64,000 nt of DNA from an uncultured Solirubrobacteraceae bacterium (lineage in GTDB: Bacteria > Actinomycetota > Thermoleophilia > Solirubrobacterales > Solirubrobacteraceae): positions 64,001 to 128,000 of the forward strand of contig CAZPQW010000006.1 of the NCBI GenBank assembly GCA_964588985.1, given 5' to 3'. Position 1 is the stretch's first letter, and each line of letters begins with the position of its first letter. Under the pieces are notes generated by a model, which had not been told where the DNA came from, made no database searches, and saw nothing but the letters and a program-made list of their open reading frames with translations. Shown one piece after another: positions 39,774 to 47,952 of this stretch. A program made the position numbers and the translations under genes.

Positions 39774-40618
39774 CTCCCACCGCGCTCACCATCGCCGGCT
39801 CGGACTCCGGTGGCGGAGCCGGCATCCAGGCAGACCTGAAGGCGTTCGCGCGCTGCGGCGTGCACGGCACTAGCGCGATCACCGCGATCACCGCGCAGAA
39901 CACGCGCGAGGTTCGAGCGATCCACCCGGTGCCGCCGGAGATGGTGCTCGCGCAGGTACGCGCGGTGCTCGCAGACATCCGCGTCGACGCCGTCAAGGTG
40001 GGCATGCTCGCGAGCGCGGAGATCGCACTCGCCGTCGCCGAGGCGCTCGACGAGCTGCCCGCAGGCACGCCGGTGGTGGTCGACCCGGTGATGGTCGCCG
40101 AGTCCGGGGCGCGGCTGCTCGCGCCCGAGGCGCAGCGAGCGCTGATCGAGCAGATCCTGCCGCGTGCGAGCGTGCTCACGCCGAACCTGCCCGAGGCGCG
40201 CGTGCTGGCTGGCGCACCCACACCGACGGCGGACGCTGATCGGGCAGAGCCGTCGGCCGAGGAGGAAGAGGAGGAAGCGCAGCGGCTCGCTCGGGCTGTG
40301 CTCGCGCTCGGCCCGCATGTCGTCGTGCTCACCGGCGGGCACCGTGTGCGCACCGCGGACCTCTTCCTCGACTCCGCCGGAGACGGCTCGATCGTGAGTA
40401 TCGACGGGGAGCGCCACCCCGACGGCGCCGCTCACGGCTCCGGCTGCACCCACTCCTCGGTGCTCGCCGCCCAGCTCGCGCTCGGCCGCACGCCCCTGGA
40501 GGCCGCGCGCACGGCTCGCACCCTCGCCGGTGAGGCGGTGGCGCGCGGACTGCGAGACATCGGCGCGGGCGCCGGGCCCGTCGATGTGCTCTACCTCGAG
40601 CGCATGCGCCGCAACTGA
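39770..40618 (+). CDS. thiD: Hydroxymethylpyrimidine/phosphomethylpyrimidine kinase
   Basis: [44 protein letters not shown]. The conserved N-terminus extends upstream of the listed ORF to CTG 39770. Confidence 0.93.
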   Translation: MTPTALTIAGSDSGGGAGIQADLKAFARCGVHGTSAITAITAQNTREVRAIHPVPPEMVLAQVRAVLADIRVDAVKVGMLASAEIALAVAEALDELPAGTPVVVDPVMVAESGARLLAPEAQRALIEQILPRASVLTPNLPEARVLAGAPTPTADADRAEPSAEEEEEEAQRLARAVLALGPHVVVLTGGHRVRTADLFLDSAGDGSIVSIDGERHPDGAAHGSGCTHSSVLAAQLALGRTPLEAARTARTLAGEAVARGLRDIGAGAGPVDVLYLERMRRN

Positions 40619-40657
40619 GCTGAGCGGTGCCATTCGTTTGCCATAATCGGAAGGGCG

Positions 40658-40921
40658 ATGAAGCTCCTGCGTATGAAGCCCGGTCATGGCGAGATCGTCC
40701 TCGCCGAGGGCGACGTGGAGGTGCCCGAGCAGGAGGCGGAGCTGATCGAGGCGTTTCGCCGCGAGCTCGACGCGGGAATGTGGGCCGCCGTCCCCACCGA
40801 GGCGCCCGGCGGGCGCCGCGAGGCCGAGCTGGTGAAGAGCTTCGCCGAGGTTCCCAGGGACGCCGAGCGCGTGATCTTCTTTCCGCGGGCCGCCGGCGGC
40901 GCGCCCCAGCCGACGCTCTAG
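40658..40921 (+). CDS. Small protein with ubiquitin/MoaD-like C-terminal motif (FFPRAAGG) plus a 6-aa extension
   Basis: 87 aa; CATAAT -10 box and GGAAGG upstream; ends VIFFPRAAGG-APQPTL. Confidence 0.65.
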   Translation: MKLLRMKPGHGEIVLAEGDVEVPEQEAELIEAFRRELDAGMWAAVPTEAPGGRREAELVKSFAEVPRDAERVIFFPRAAGGAPQPTL

Positions 40922-40926
40922 AGCCG

Positions 40927-41532
40927 ATGGCGCTCGGACTCGCCACCGCCGCGATCGTGCTCGTGGTGCTCGCATGGGAGCTCGCGCGTCCCACGCTCAA
41001 GCGCATCCTCGCGCGTGTGACCGCGCTGTGGGCCGCATACCGGCGCGGATCCCCGCCGGCCGGGTATGACCCCGGGCGCGAGCGTCGCGCCGAGCAGCGC
41101 GCCCGCGAGCTGCTGCGCTCGTGCGTCGACGATCGCGACTGGGCGATGTATCGCGACCTTGGGTTCCTGCGGGTGTGGGGCGGGCTCGGCGCGCGCGGCG
41201 GCGAGCCGGACGCCCCATACGCCTACCTGATCTACCCCCACAAGCCGATCGTGGCCTACGTCCCCGACACCGGGGAGCTGCTCAACGAGTACTGCGTAGC
41301 GTTCCCAGACCACACCAGGCCTTTCGGCAGCGCCCGCCTGCCGGGCTCCGACGACGTGCTCGCGAAGTGGATGGCGCTGAGCGCCGACGAGCGCCGGTTG
41401 ATCGGCGAGGCGAACATGCACCTGCCCGGCCGCCAGGTCGATCCCGACAGGGTCCGCCGCGACCTCGCGCGGCTCGCCGCGTGGGAGCGCGCGCAGAGCA
41501 GCCACGAGGCCGGTAGTGTGCGCGCCGCGTGA
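40927..41532 (+). CDS. Uncharacterised protein with N-terminal TM anchor and a Cys in an EYCV motif
   Basis: 201 aa; hydrophobic N-terminus; AEQRARELL...YLIY...EYCVAFPD...[18 protein letters not shown]...AN; stop overlaps the ilvD start. Confidence 0.7.
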   Translation: MALGLATAAIVLVVLAWELARPTLKRILARVTALWAAYRRGSPPAGYDPGRERRAEQRARELLRSCVDDRDWAMYRDLGFLRVWGGLGARGGEPDAPYAYLIYPHKPIVAYVPDTGELLNEYCVAFPDHTRPFGSARLPGSDDVLAKWMALSADERRLIGEANMHLPGRQVDPDRVRRDLARLAAWERAQSSHEAGSVRAA

Positions 41533-43223
41533 GCACCAACGAGCAGACCTTTGACGTAAGGCACAGAAGCCGCGCTCTCACCGAGGGGCCCGAGCGCGCG
41601 GCCGCGCGCTCCTACCTGCACGGAATCGGCTACTCCGCCGAGGACCTCGCGAAGCCGATCGTCGGCGTGGCGCACTCGTGGATCGAGACGATGCCGTGCA
41701 ACTTCAACAACCGCGTGCTCGCCGCGAAGGTCAAGGACGGGATTCGCAAAGCGGGCGGCACGCCGATGGAGCTCAACACGATCGCGATCTCCGACGGCAT
41801 CACGATGGGCACCGCGGGCATGCGCGCGTCGCTCGTCTCGCGCGAGCTGATCGCCGACTCGATCGAGCTGGTCGCCTCCGCGCACGCGTTCGACGCGATC
41901 GTGACGATCTCCGGCTGCGACAAGACGATCCCCGGCACCGTGATGGCGCTCGCGCGCCTGAACATCCCCTCGCTGATGCTCTACGGCGGCTCGATCCGCC
42001 CCGGCCGCTACAAGGGCCAGGAGGTCACCATCCAGCAGGTCTTCGAGGCCGTCGGCGCCTACGCCGCGGGCAAGATCACCGAGGAGGAACTGCACGAGCT
42101 CGAGGAGGCCGCCTCGCCCGGCGCGGGCGCCTGTGGCGGCCAGTTCACCGCGAACACCATGGCGATGGCCTTCGAGGTGCTCGGCATCTCGCCCGCCGGC
42201 TCGGCGATGGTGCCCGCCGAGGACGGCCGCAAGCTCAAGGTGGCCGTGCAGGTCGGAGAACTGGTGATGGACGTGCTGCGTCGCGGTCAGCTCCCGAGCG
42301 ACATCATCACCAAAGACGCGCTCGAGAACGCGATCGCCGCGGCAGCGATGAGCGGCGGCTCCACCAACGTCGTGCTGCACCTGCTGGCGGTGGCCAAGGA
42401 AATGGGCGTGCCGCTGAGCATCGACGAGTTCGACCCGATCTCCGAGCGCACGCCGCTGCTTTGCGACCTGCAGCCCGGCGGGAAATACGTCGCAACAGAT
42501 CTCTACGAGGCGGGCGGCGTGCCGCTGGTGCTCAAGCGAATGGCCGAAGTGGGCGTGCTCAACGCCGACGCCCAGACCGTCACCGGCCGCACAATTGGTG
42601 AACATGCCGCCGAGGCCACAGAGACGGACGGTCAGCGCGTGGTGCGCCCGCCGAGCGAAGCGCTCAAACCGACCGGCGGCTTCGCGATCCTGCGCGGCAA
42701 CATCGCCCCGGACGGCTGCGTGGTGAAGCTCTCAGGCCACGAGCGGCGCGCCCACACCGGACCCGCACGCGTGTTCGACGGCGAGGAGGCCGCGATGGCG
42801 GCGGTGCTCGCCAAAGAGATCAAGGCCGGCGACGTGGTCGTGATCCGCGGCGAGGGACCCGCGGGCGGTCCGGGTATGCGCGAGATGCTCGCGGTCACCG
42901 CGGCGATCGTCGGCGAGGGGCTGGGGGAGACGGTGGCGCTGATCACCGACGGGCGCTTCTCCGGCGCCACCTACGGCTTCATGGTCGCCCACGTCGCACC
43001 CGAGGCCGTCAGGGGCGGCCCGATCGGCGCGCTCGCAAGCGGCGACGAGGTGACCGTCGACGTCGACTCCCGTAGGCTCGACGTGGCGCTCAGCGACGAG
43101 CAGATCGCCGAGCGCCTGAGCGCCTACAAGCCTGGGGCGCGCGCGGACGAACACGTGGACGTGGCGATCCAGAAGTACGCCAAGCTCGTCGGCAGCGCCG
43201 CCGACGGCGCCGTCACCAGCTGA
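41529..43223 (+). CDS. ilvD: Dihydroxy-acid dehydratase
   Basis: [48 protein letters not shown]. Confidence 0.97.
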   Translation: MSTNEQTFDVRHRSRALTEGPERAAARSYLHGIGYSAEDLAKPIVGVAHSWIETMPCNFNNRVLAAKVKDGIRKAGGTPMELNTIAISDGITMGTAGMRASLVSRELIADSIELVASAHAFDAIVTISGCDKTIPGTVMALARLNIPSLMLYGGSIRPGRYKGQEVTIQQVFEAVGAYAAGKITEEELHELEEAASPGAGACGGQFTANTMAMAFEVLGISPAGSAMVPAEDGRKLKVAVQVGELVMDVLRRGQLPSDIITKDALENAIAAAAMSGGSTNVVLHLLAVAKEMGVPLSIDEFDPISERTPLLCDLQPGGKYVATDLYEAGGVPLVLKRMAEVGVLNADAQTVTGRTIGEHAAEATETDGQRVVRPPSEALKPTGGFAILRGNIAPDGCVVKLSGHERRAHTGPARVFDGEEAAMAAVLAKEIKAGDVVVIRGEGPAGGPGMREMLAVTAAIVGEGLGETVALITDGRFSGATYGFMVAHVAPEAVRGGPIGALASGDEVTVDVDSRRLDVALSDEQIAERLSAYKPGARADEHVDVAIQKYAKLVGSAADGAVTS

Positions 43224-43238
43224 GAAGAGGGGCCGCCG

Positions 43239-44189
43239 CTACTCGGCGAGGAAGTCGCGCAGCAGCGCGTTGAACGCCGCCGGGCGCTCGAGCATCGCCA
43301 TATGGCCGGTGTCCTCGAAGATCACCTTGCGTGAGTCGGGGATCATCTCCGCGAACACGTCAGCGTCCTTCACCGGGATCAGGCGGTCGCGGTCTCCCCA
43401 CGCGATCAGAGTGGGACAGACGATCTCCGGCAGGCGCTCGAGCACCGCGTAGCCGATCGTCGCGTGCAGCGCCTGCATGAACCCCGGCTTGCCAGCTCCG
43501 CGGATCTGCTCCGCGGCAAGCGCCGCGGGCAGCCGGCTGGGGTGGCGGACGACCACGTTCAGAGCGGCGTCGCGCAGACGCGAGCGGCTGGCGAGCAGGT
43601 CGGATTTGGATGCGGCCCACGCGCCGCTCATCTCGAGGATCCGCTCTGCGCGGCGCAGCGCCGGCGCCACACGCATCACGTCGCGGTTTTCGTGCGTTGA
43701 GATGCCGGCCGCCGAGATCAGCACGAGACGCTCCACGCGCTGTGGAAAGGCGATCGCGAGCTCCGCGCCGATGAAGCCGCCCATCGAGTTGCCCACGACC
43801 GCGGCCGCGTCGATCTCGAGCTGGTCGCAGAGCCCATCCAGCAGGCGCGCGTAGCGGGAGATCGAGATCTCACCGTCGGGCATCGGCGATGAGCCGAAGC
43901 CGGGCAGGTCGAGCGTGATCACGCGATGGTCGGTGGCGAGCACAGACAGCTGCTCGAGCCAGTTCGCCCAGCAGCCCGAGAGGCCGTGGATGAAGATGAG
44001 CGTCTGCGTGGCCCGCGCGTTCTCGGCGCCGAGCTCGATCGTGTTCACCCTCTGGCCGTCCACGACCCGCCAGCGCTGGTGCTCGCGCCAATCCACATCC
44101 AGCCACGGCGAGCGTCCCACCGGCCCGTACGCGGCGGCCTCGCCGGCGGGAATCCGGGTCCCGGGGTCGGTCGAAGACGGCGAGCTCAC
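43239..44189 (-). CDS. Alpha/beta hydrolase
   Basis: FIHGL, DLPGFG, GNSMGG nucleophile elbow, WGDRD, GHMAMLE. Confidence 0.93.
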   Translation of the reverse strand: MSSPSSTDPGTRIPAGEAAAYGPVGRSPWLDVDWREHQRWRVVDGQRVNTIELGAENARATQTLIFIHGLSGCWANWLEQLSVLATDHRVITLDLPGFGSSPMPDGEISISRYARLLDGLCDQLEIDAAAVVGNSMGGFIGAELAIAFPQRVERLVLISAAGISTHENRDVMRVAPALRRAERILEMSGAWAASKSDLLASRSRLRDAALNVVVRHPSRLPAALAAEQIRGAGKPGFMQALHATIGYAVLERLPEIVCPTLIAWGDRDRLIPVKDADVFAEMIPDSRKVIFEDTGHMAMLERPAAFNALLRDFLAE

Positions 44190-44225
44190 GCCGTTGAATC
44201 TACTCCAGAGGCGATAATCCCGAGG

Positions 44226-45260
44226 ATGTCAAGCCTTCCGGCCAGCCGAGCGTCGCGTCCAGCAGGCAGGCAGAGACGCCGCGGCGGCGAAGTACGCCAG
44301 GCGATGAGCACGCGAACACAGCCTCACGTCGAGACGGCCAAGCCGGCGGAGGGACTCTCCGGTCGCTGGGCGCAGGCGATCTCGCTGCTCGGAGAGGACA
44401 TGCGCAGGCGAGACAGCGCTGAGCGCACGCGCCACGCCTACGGCACCGACCTGCGTCAGTTCGCCGACTGGGCGAACGAGCAGGGCCTCGCGCCCGAGGA
44501 CGTCGGCCCGAAGACGGTGCGCCGCTACGTCGCACGCCTGTCGGAGCAGGGCGCCGCGCCGAGCACCTCCGCACGCAAGCTCGCCGCGCTGCGCGCGCTC
44601 TTCTCGAGCCAGCGCGAGCACGGATACGTCACCCAGAACCCCGCCGACCTTGTCTCCACCCCCAGGCGCGCCGACCACCTGCCGCGCGTGCTCACCGCGC
44701 GCGAGGCCGCACGGCTGCTCGACGGCATCCCCACATCGGGGCCTTTGGACCTGCGCGACCGCGCGATCTTCGAGCTCGCGTACTCGTGCGGTCTGCGCGC
44801 CGAGGAGATCGTCTCGCTGCGCATCGGCGACGTGGACCACGACGCGGAGCAACTGCGGGTCGAGGGCAAGGGGCGCAAGACCCGTTTCGTGCCCGTCGGC
44901 GAGCCGGCGCTCAAGGCGGTCGCGCAATACCTCGATCGTGGCCGTCACGCGCACGCCGAGCCGCACGCCGGCTCCGGCGCCACACAGGCGCTGTTCCTCA
45001 GCAAGACCGGTCGCCCGCTCGGCACGAGCGACATACGACGCAGGCTGCGGATGTGGATAACGCGCACCGGCGCAGGTCATGGCGCCTCACCGCACGCGCT
45101 GCGCCACAGCTTCGCAACGCACCTCCTGGATGGCGGCGCGGACCTGCGCTCGATCCAGGAGCTCCTCGGGCACGCGAACGTGTCGAGCACCCAGATTTAC
45201 ACTCGGGTAGAGTCCGCCAGGCTGAGAAGCGCGTATGCGCGCAGTCACCCTCGGGCCTAA
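44226..45260 (+). CDS. xerC: Tyrosine recombinase XerC/XerD family
   Basis: RDRAIFELAYSCGLR, GKGRKTR, HALRHSFATHLL, LGH, TQIY; start at ATG 44226 or 44304. Confidence 0.88.
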   Translation: MSSLPASRASRPAGRQRRRGGEVRQAMSTRTQPHVETAKPAEGLSGRWAQAISLLGEDMRRRDSAERTRHAYGTDLRQFADWANEQGLAPEDVGPKTVRRYVARLSEQGAAPSTSARKLAALRALFSSQREHGYVTQNPADLVSTPRRADHLPRVLTAREAARLLDGIPTSGPLDLRDRAIFELAYSCGLRAEEIVSLRIGDVDHDAEQLRVEGKGRKTRFVPVGEPALKAVAQYLDRGRHAHAEPHAGSGATQALFLSKTGRPLGTSDIRRRLRMWITRTGAGHGASPHALRHSFATHLLDGGADLRSIQELLGHANVSSTQIYTRVESARLRSAYARSHPRA

Positions 45261-45277
45261 ACAGGGGGGATGGAGCC

Positions 45278-46063
45278 CTGGAGACCAACGTCAAACCGAT
45301 CGAGCTGCGCGAACTGTGGCGGCGTTATAAGAACGATGGAGACACTCGCGTTCGCGAGCGGCTGGTCGTCGCCTACTCGCCGCTGGTCAAGTACGTAGCG
45401 GGCCGCACCGCCGCGGGGCTGCCCCCGCACGTGGAGGAGGCCGACCTGATCTCCTACGGTCTCGTGGGGCTGATCTCGGCGATCGAGCGCTTCGACCTGT
45501 CGCGGGACATCAAGTTCGAGACCTACGCGATCATGCGCATCAAGGGCGCGATCATCGACGAGCTGCGCTCGCTCGACTGGGTTCCGCGCAGCGTACGCGC
45601 CCGTGCCCGCGAGGTCGAGCGGGCCAACGCGAAGCTCGAGCACACGCTGCAGCGCGCCCCCACCGACGCGGAGATAGCCGCGGAGATGGGGATCACGGTC
45701 GAGGAACTCAACGATTCGCTGCTCGCGATCTCGCACTCCTCGATCGTCGCCCTGGACGAGCTGTGGAGCGTGTCGGACTCCAGCGGCGACCAGGTTTCGC
45801 TGATGGACACCATCGAGGACCCGGGCGCGCCGGACCCGGCGAAGGCGCTTGACCTCGGCGACCTGAAGGACAGGATCGCGGACTCGATCGCGAAGCTGCC
45901 CGAGCGGGAGAAGCTCGTGATCGCGCTCTACTACTACGAGAACCTGACGCTTCGAGAGATCGGCGAGGTGCTCGGCGTGACCGAGTCGCGCGTCTCCCAG
46001 ATGCACACAAAGGCTGTACTGCGGCTGCGGTCACGCATGCAAGAGGAGTCCTTCGACGACTGA
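45278..46063 (+). CDS. whiG: FliA/WhiG family RNA polymerase sigma factor
   Basis: YSPLVKYVAGR, DLISYGLVGL, RIKGAIIDELRSLDWVPRSVR, LTLREIGEVLGVTESRVSQ; probable CTG start at 45278. Confidence 0.9.
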   Translation: METNVKPIELRELWRRYKNDGDTRVRERLVVAYSPLVKYVAGRTAAGLPPHVEEADLISYGLVGLISAIERFDLSRDIKFETYAIMRIKGAIIDELRSLDWVPRSVRARAREVERANAKLEHTLQRAPTDAEIAAEMGITVEELNDSLLAISHSSIVALDELWSVSDSSGDQVSLMDTIEDPGAPDPAKALDLGDLKDRIADSIAKLPEREKLVIALYYYENLTLREIGEVLGVTESRVSQMHTKAVLRLRSRMQEESFDD

Positions 46064-46086
46064 CGTCCGATAGCCGGCGCCATACG

Positions 46087-46170
46087 GCGTCCTGCGGCGC
46101 CGGCCCGGTCGCGATCGCTCGTGTGCAGAGCACACTTCGCTCTCTGCGTCCTGCGGCGCCGGCCCGGTCG
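46087..46170. repeat. Two 25-bp direct repeats flanking a 34-bp hairpin-containing spacer (REP/MITE-like)
   Basis: GCGTCCTGCGGCGCCGGCCCGGTCG at 46087-46111 and 46146-46170; spacer contains GTGTGC-AGA-GCACAC. Confidence 0.8.
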
Positions 46171-46259
46171 TGTCTGGCTTGGCTCTCGAACGTCAGTTGA
46201 CTGTCCAGTCCGCTCTCCCGCAGAGCGTGTCGGCCTCTGTCCGGTACCCTCCTAGGCCG

Positions 46260-47045
46260 ATGGCCACGCGTACGATCGTCACCTCACAGCCCGACGTGTC
46301 CTGCGACGTGTGCGAGCGCCGGCTGTTGCGCGGCGAGCAGCCGGACGTATTCATCGCCGCCGGACGCCGCCGGACCGTGTGCGAGCTGTGCGCTCCGAGG
46401 GCCGCGCACGAGGGCTGGATGCGCGAGAGCGACAGCCATGCGCTGAAGCTGCCGCCGATGCGCGCCCGTCGTGGGCGCAGCCTGATCGACCGCCTGCGCC
46501 AGGTCGGCAAGCCCGGCGAGGTCGTGGGCGCCGAGCCTTCCTCGGAGGTCGCCGCCGAGATCGAGCCAGATTCCTACGTCGAGCCCCAGCCCTACGACTT
46601 CCTCGACGGCTACGAGCGCACCGGCGCAGACCCCGTGCCAGCACGTGGGCGCGACGACGCGTATGCGCAGGCTGAATACGAGCAGGAGCCCGAGCAGCAC
46701 TACGCGGCGAGCGTGGACACGGTCCAGGAGCGCTACGAGTACGGCTCCTATGTCGAACCGGCGGTCGACGTGTTCAACGCGAGCGAGTTCCCACGGCGGC
46801 TGGCGGGCGTGGCTCGCTCGCTGGGCGAGCCCACGATCAACGTCCGCTCGGCCGAGCACCTCGACAGCGTGGTCAGGATCATGGTCGCGTGGGAGCTGTG
46901 CTGGTACCGCTACGAGGTCGACCTCAGCGAAGCCGGCGCCGAGACCCGGATCGTCGCTCAGGGCACAGAGCTGGACGAAATAGCGCGCGAGGAGCGGGTC
47001 GGGAATGCCGTGGCCGACGACTCGGGCACGCTGACGCTCCTCTAA
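46260..47045 (+). CDS. Hypothetical protein with N-terminal zinc finger
   Basis: CDVC...CELC, acidic linker, C-terminal VAWELCWYRYEVDL domain. Confidence 0.75.
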   Translation: MATRTIVTSQPDVSCDVCERRLLRGEQPDVFIAAGRRRTVCELCAPRAAHEGWMRESDSHALKLPPMRARRGRSLIDRLRQVGKPGEVVGAEPSSEVAAEIEPDSYVEPQPYDFLDGYERTGADPVPARGRDDAYAQAEYEQEPEQHYAASVDTVQERYEYGSYVEPAVDVFNASEFPRRLAGVARSLGEPTINVRSAEHLDSVVRIMVAWELCWYRYEVDLSEAGAETRIVAQGTELDEIAREERVGNAVADDSGTLTLL

Positions 47046-47099
47046 CCAGGGAAAACACGCCGTTGTGAAGGATTGGTGTGCACCCTTGCTTATTGGCCC

Positions 47100-47363
47100 A
47101 TGCGGAGTAAGATCCGCAACCAGATGATCTACTGCGTCGTGCCAAAGCCCCTCGCCGACGAGCTCTATCCGAAGCTCGTGGAGCACTACAAAGACGACGC
47201 CAACGTGAGCGTGATCGTCGATCGGCGCGAGTTCGATCGGCGTGCTCGCTACGGGTCCTCCGGCGCCGCAGGCGACGAGGACGTCACGCAGAAGCGGATC
47301 GTGCGCGACCGTCGCCGTGCCCGCGTGGCCGGCGATCTGCTGCCGCTCGCACAGGCCTCCTAG
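47100..47363 (+). CDS. Small hypothetical protein with DRRxxDRR / RDRRR motifs
   Basis: MIYCVVPKPLADELYPKL...VIVDRREFDRR...RDRRRAR; exact start uncertain. Confidence 0.65.
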   Translation: MRSKIRNQMIYCVVPKPLADELYPKLVEHYKDDANVSVIVDRREFDRRARYGSSGAAGDEDVTQKRIVRDRRRARVAGDLLPLAQAS

Positions 47364-47413
47364 CGCCTGTCCTCGACAGCTCCGTCTCAAGCGCTCTGCA
47401 TAATGCCGTCGCG

Positions 47414-47824
47414 ATGAAGGTCATCGTCCATGTCGACGGGGGTGCCCGCGGCAACCCCGGCCCATCCGCCGCCGCTTGCGTGATCTCCTCGCCCGACGGC
47501 GAGGTGCTCGGCGAGCACGCGGAGCTGCTCGGCACCCAGACGAACAACGTTGCCGAGTATCGAGCCCTGCTGCTCGGCCTCGCCAAGGCGCGCGAGCTGG
47601 GGGCGAGCGAGATCGAGGTGATCGGCGACTCCGAGCTGATCGCCAAGCAGGTCAACGGCATCTACAAGGTCAAGCACCCCGCGATGCGCCCCCTTTACCT
47701 CGAAGCCATGGAGGCGCTCAAAGCATTCGACCGCTGGTCGATAAGAACCGTCCCGCGCGCCCAGAACGCCGAAGCCGACGCCCTGGTGAACGCCGCCCTG
47801 GACCGCGCCCGCGCCGCAAGCTGA
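47414..47824 (+). CDS. rnhA: Ribonuclease HI (actinobacterial/archaeal type)
   Basis: VDGGARGNPGP, TNNVAEY, GDSEL, VPRAQNAEADAL. Confidence 0.92.
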   Translation: MKVIVHVDGGARGNPGPSAAACVISSPDGEVLGEHAELLGTQTNNVAEYRALLLGLAKARELGASEIEVIGDSELIAKQVNGIYKVKHPAMRPLYLEAMEALKAFDRWSIRTVPRAQNAEADALVNAALDRARAAS

Positions 47825-47878
47825 ACCGCCCCCCGCGTTTCGCGCTAACCGCTGTTCCGAGCTTCTAGGCAAAACGAA

Positions 47879-47934
47879 GCGGCGAGACGATTTCGTCGCC
47901 CACGCGAAGCGTCGCGACGAAATCGACTCGCCGC
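47879..47934. terminator. Long GC-rich hairpin between convergent genes (terminator or REP-like)
   Basis: GCGGCGAG-A-CGATTTCGTCGC...GCGAAGC loop...GCGACGAAATCG-A-CTCGCCGC. Confidence 0.65.
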
Positions 47935-47952
47935 GGAGCGCCCCGCGTAGCG

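Noticed and set aside
40658-40921. Simple ThiS/MoaD call because of adjacency to thiD
   Set aside because: The GG is not terminal, the N-terminal part does not resemble ThiS/MoaD, and no thiG, thiF or moaE is nearby. Kept as an unassigned Ubl-like candidate.
44226-45260. Phage or island integrase
   Set aside because: Sequence and position next to whiG fit housekeeping XerC; no att sites or phage genes were seen.
46087-46170. Possible CRISPR array
   Set aside because: Only two repeats, a self-structured spacer, no cas genes and no AT-rich leader.
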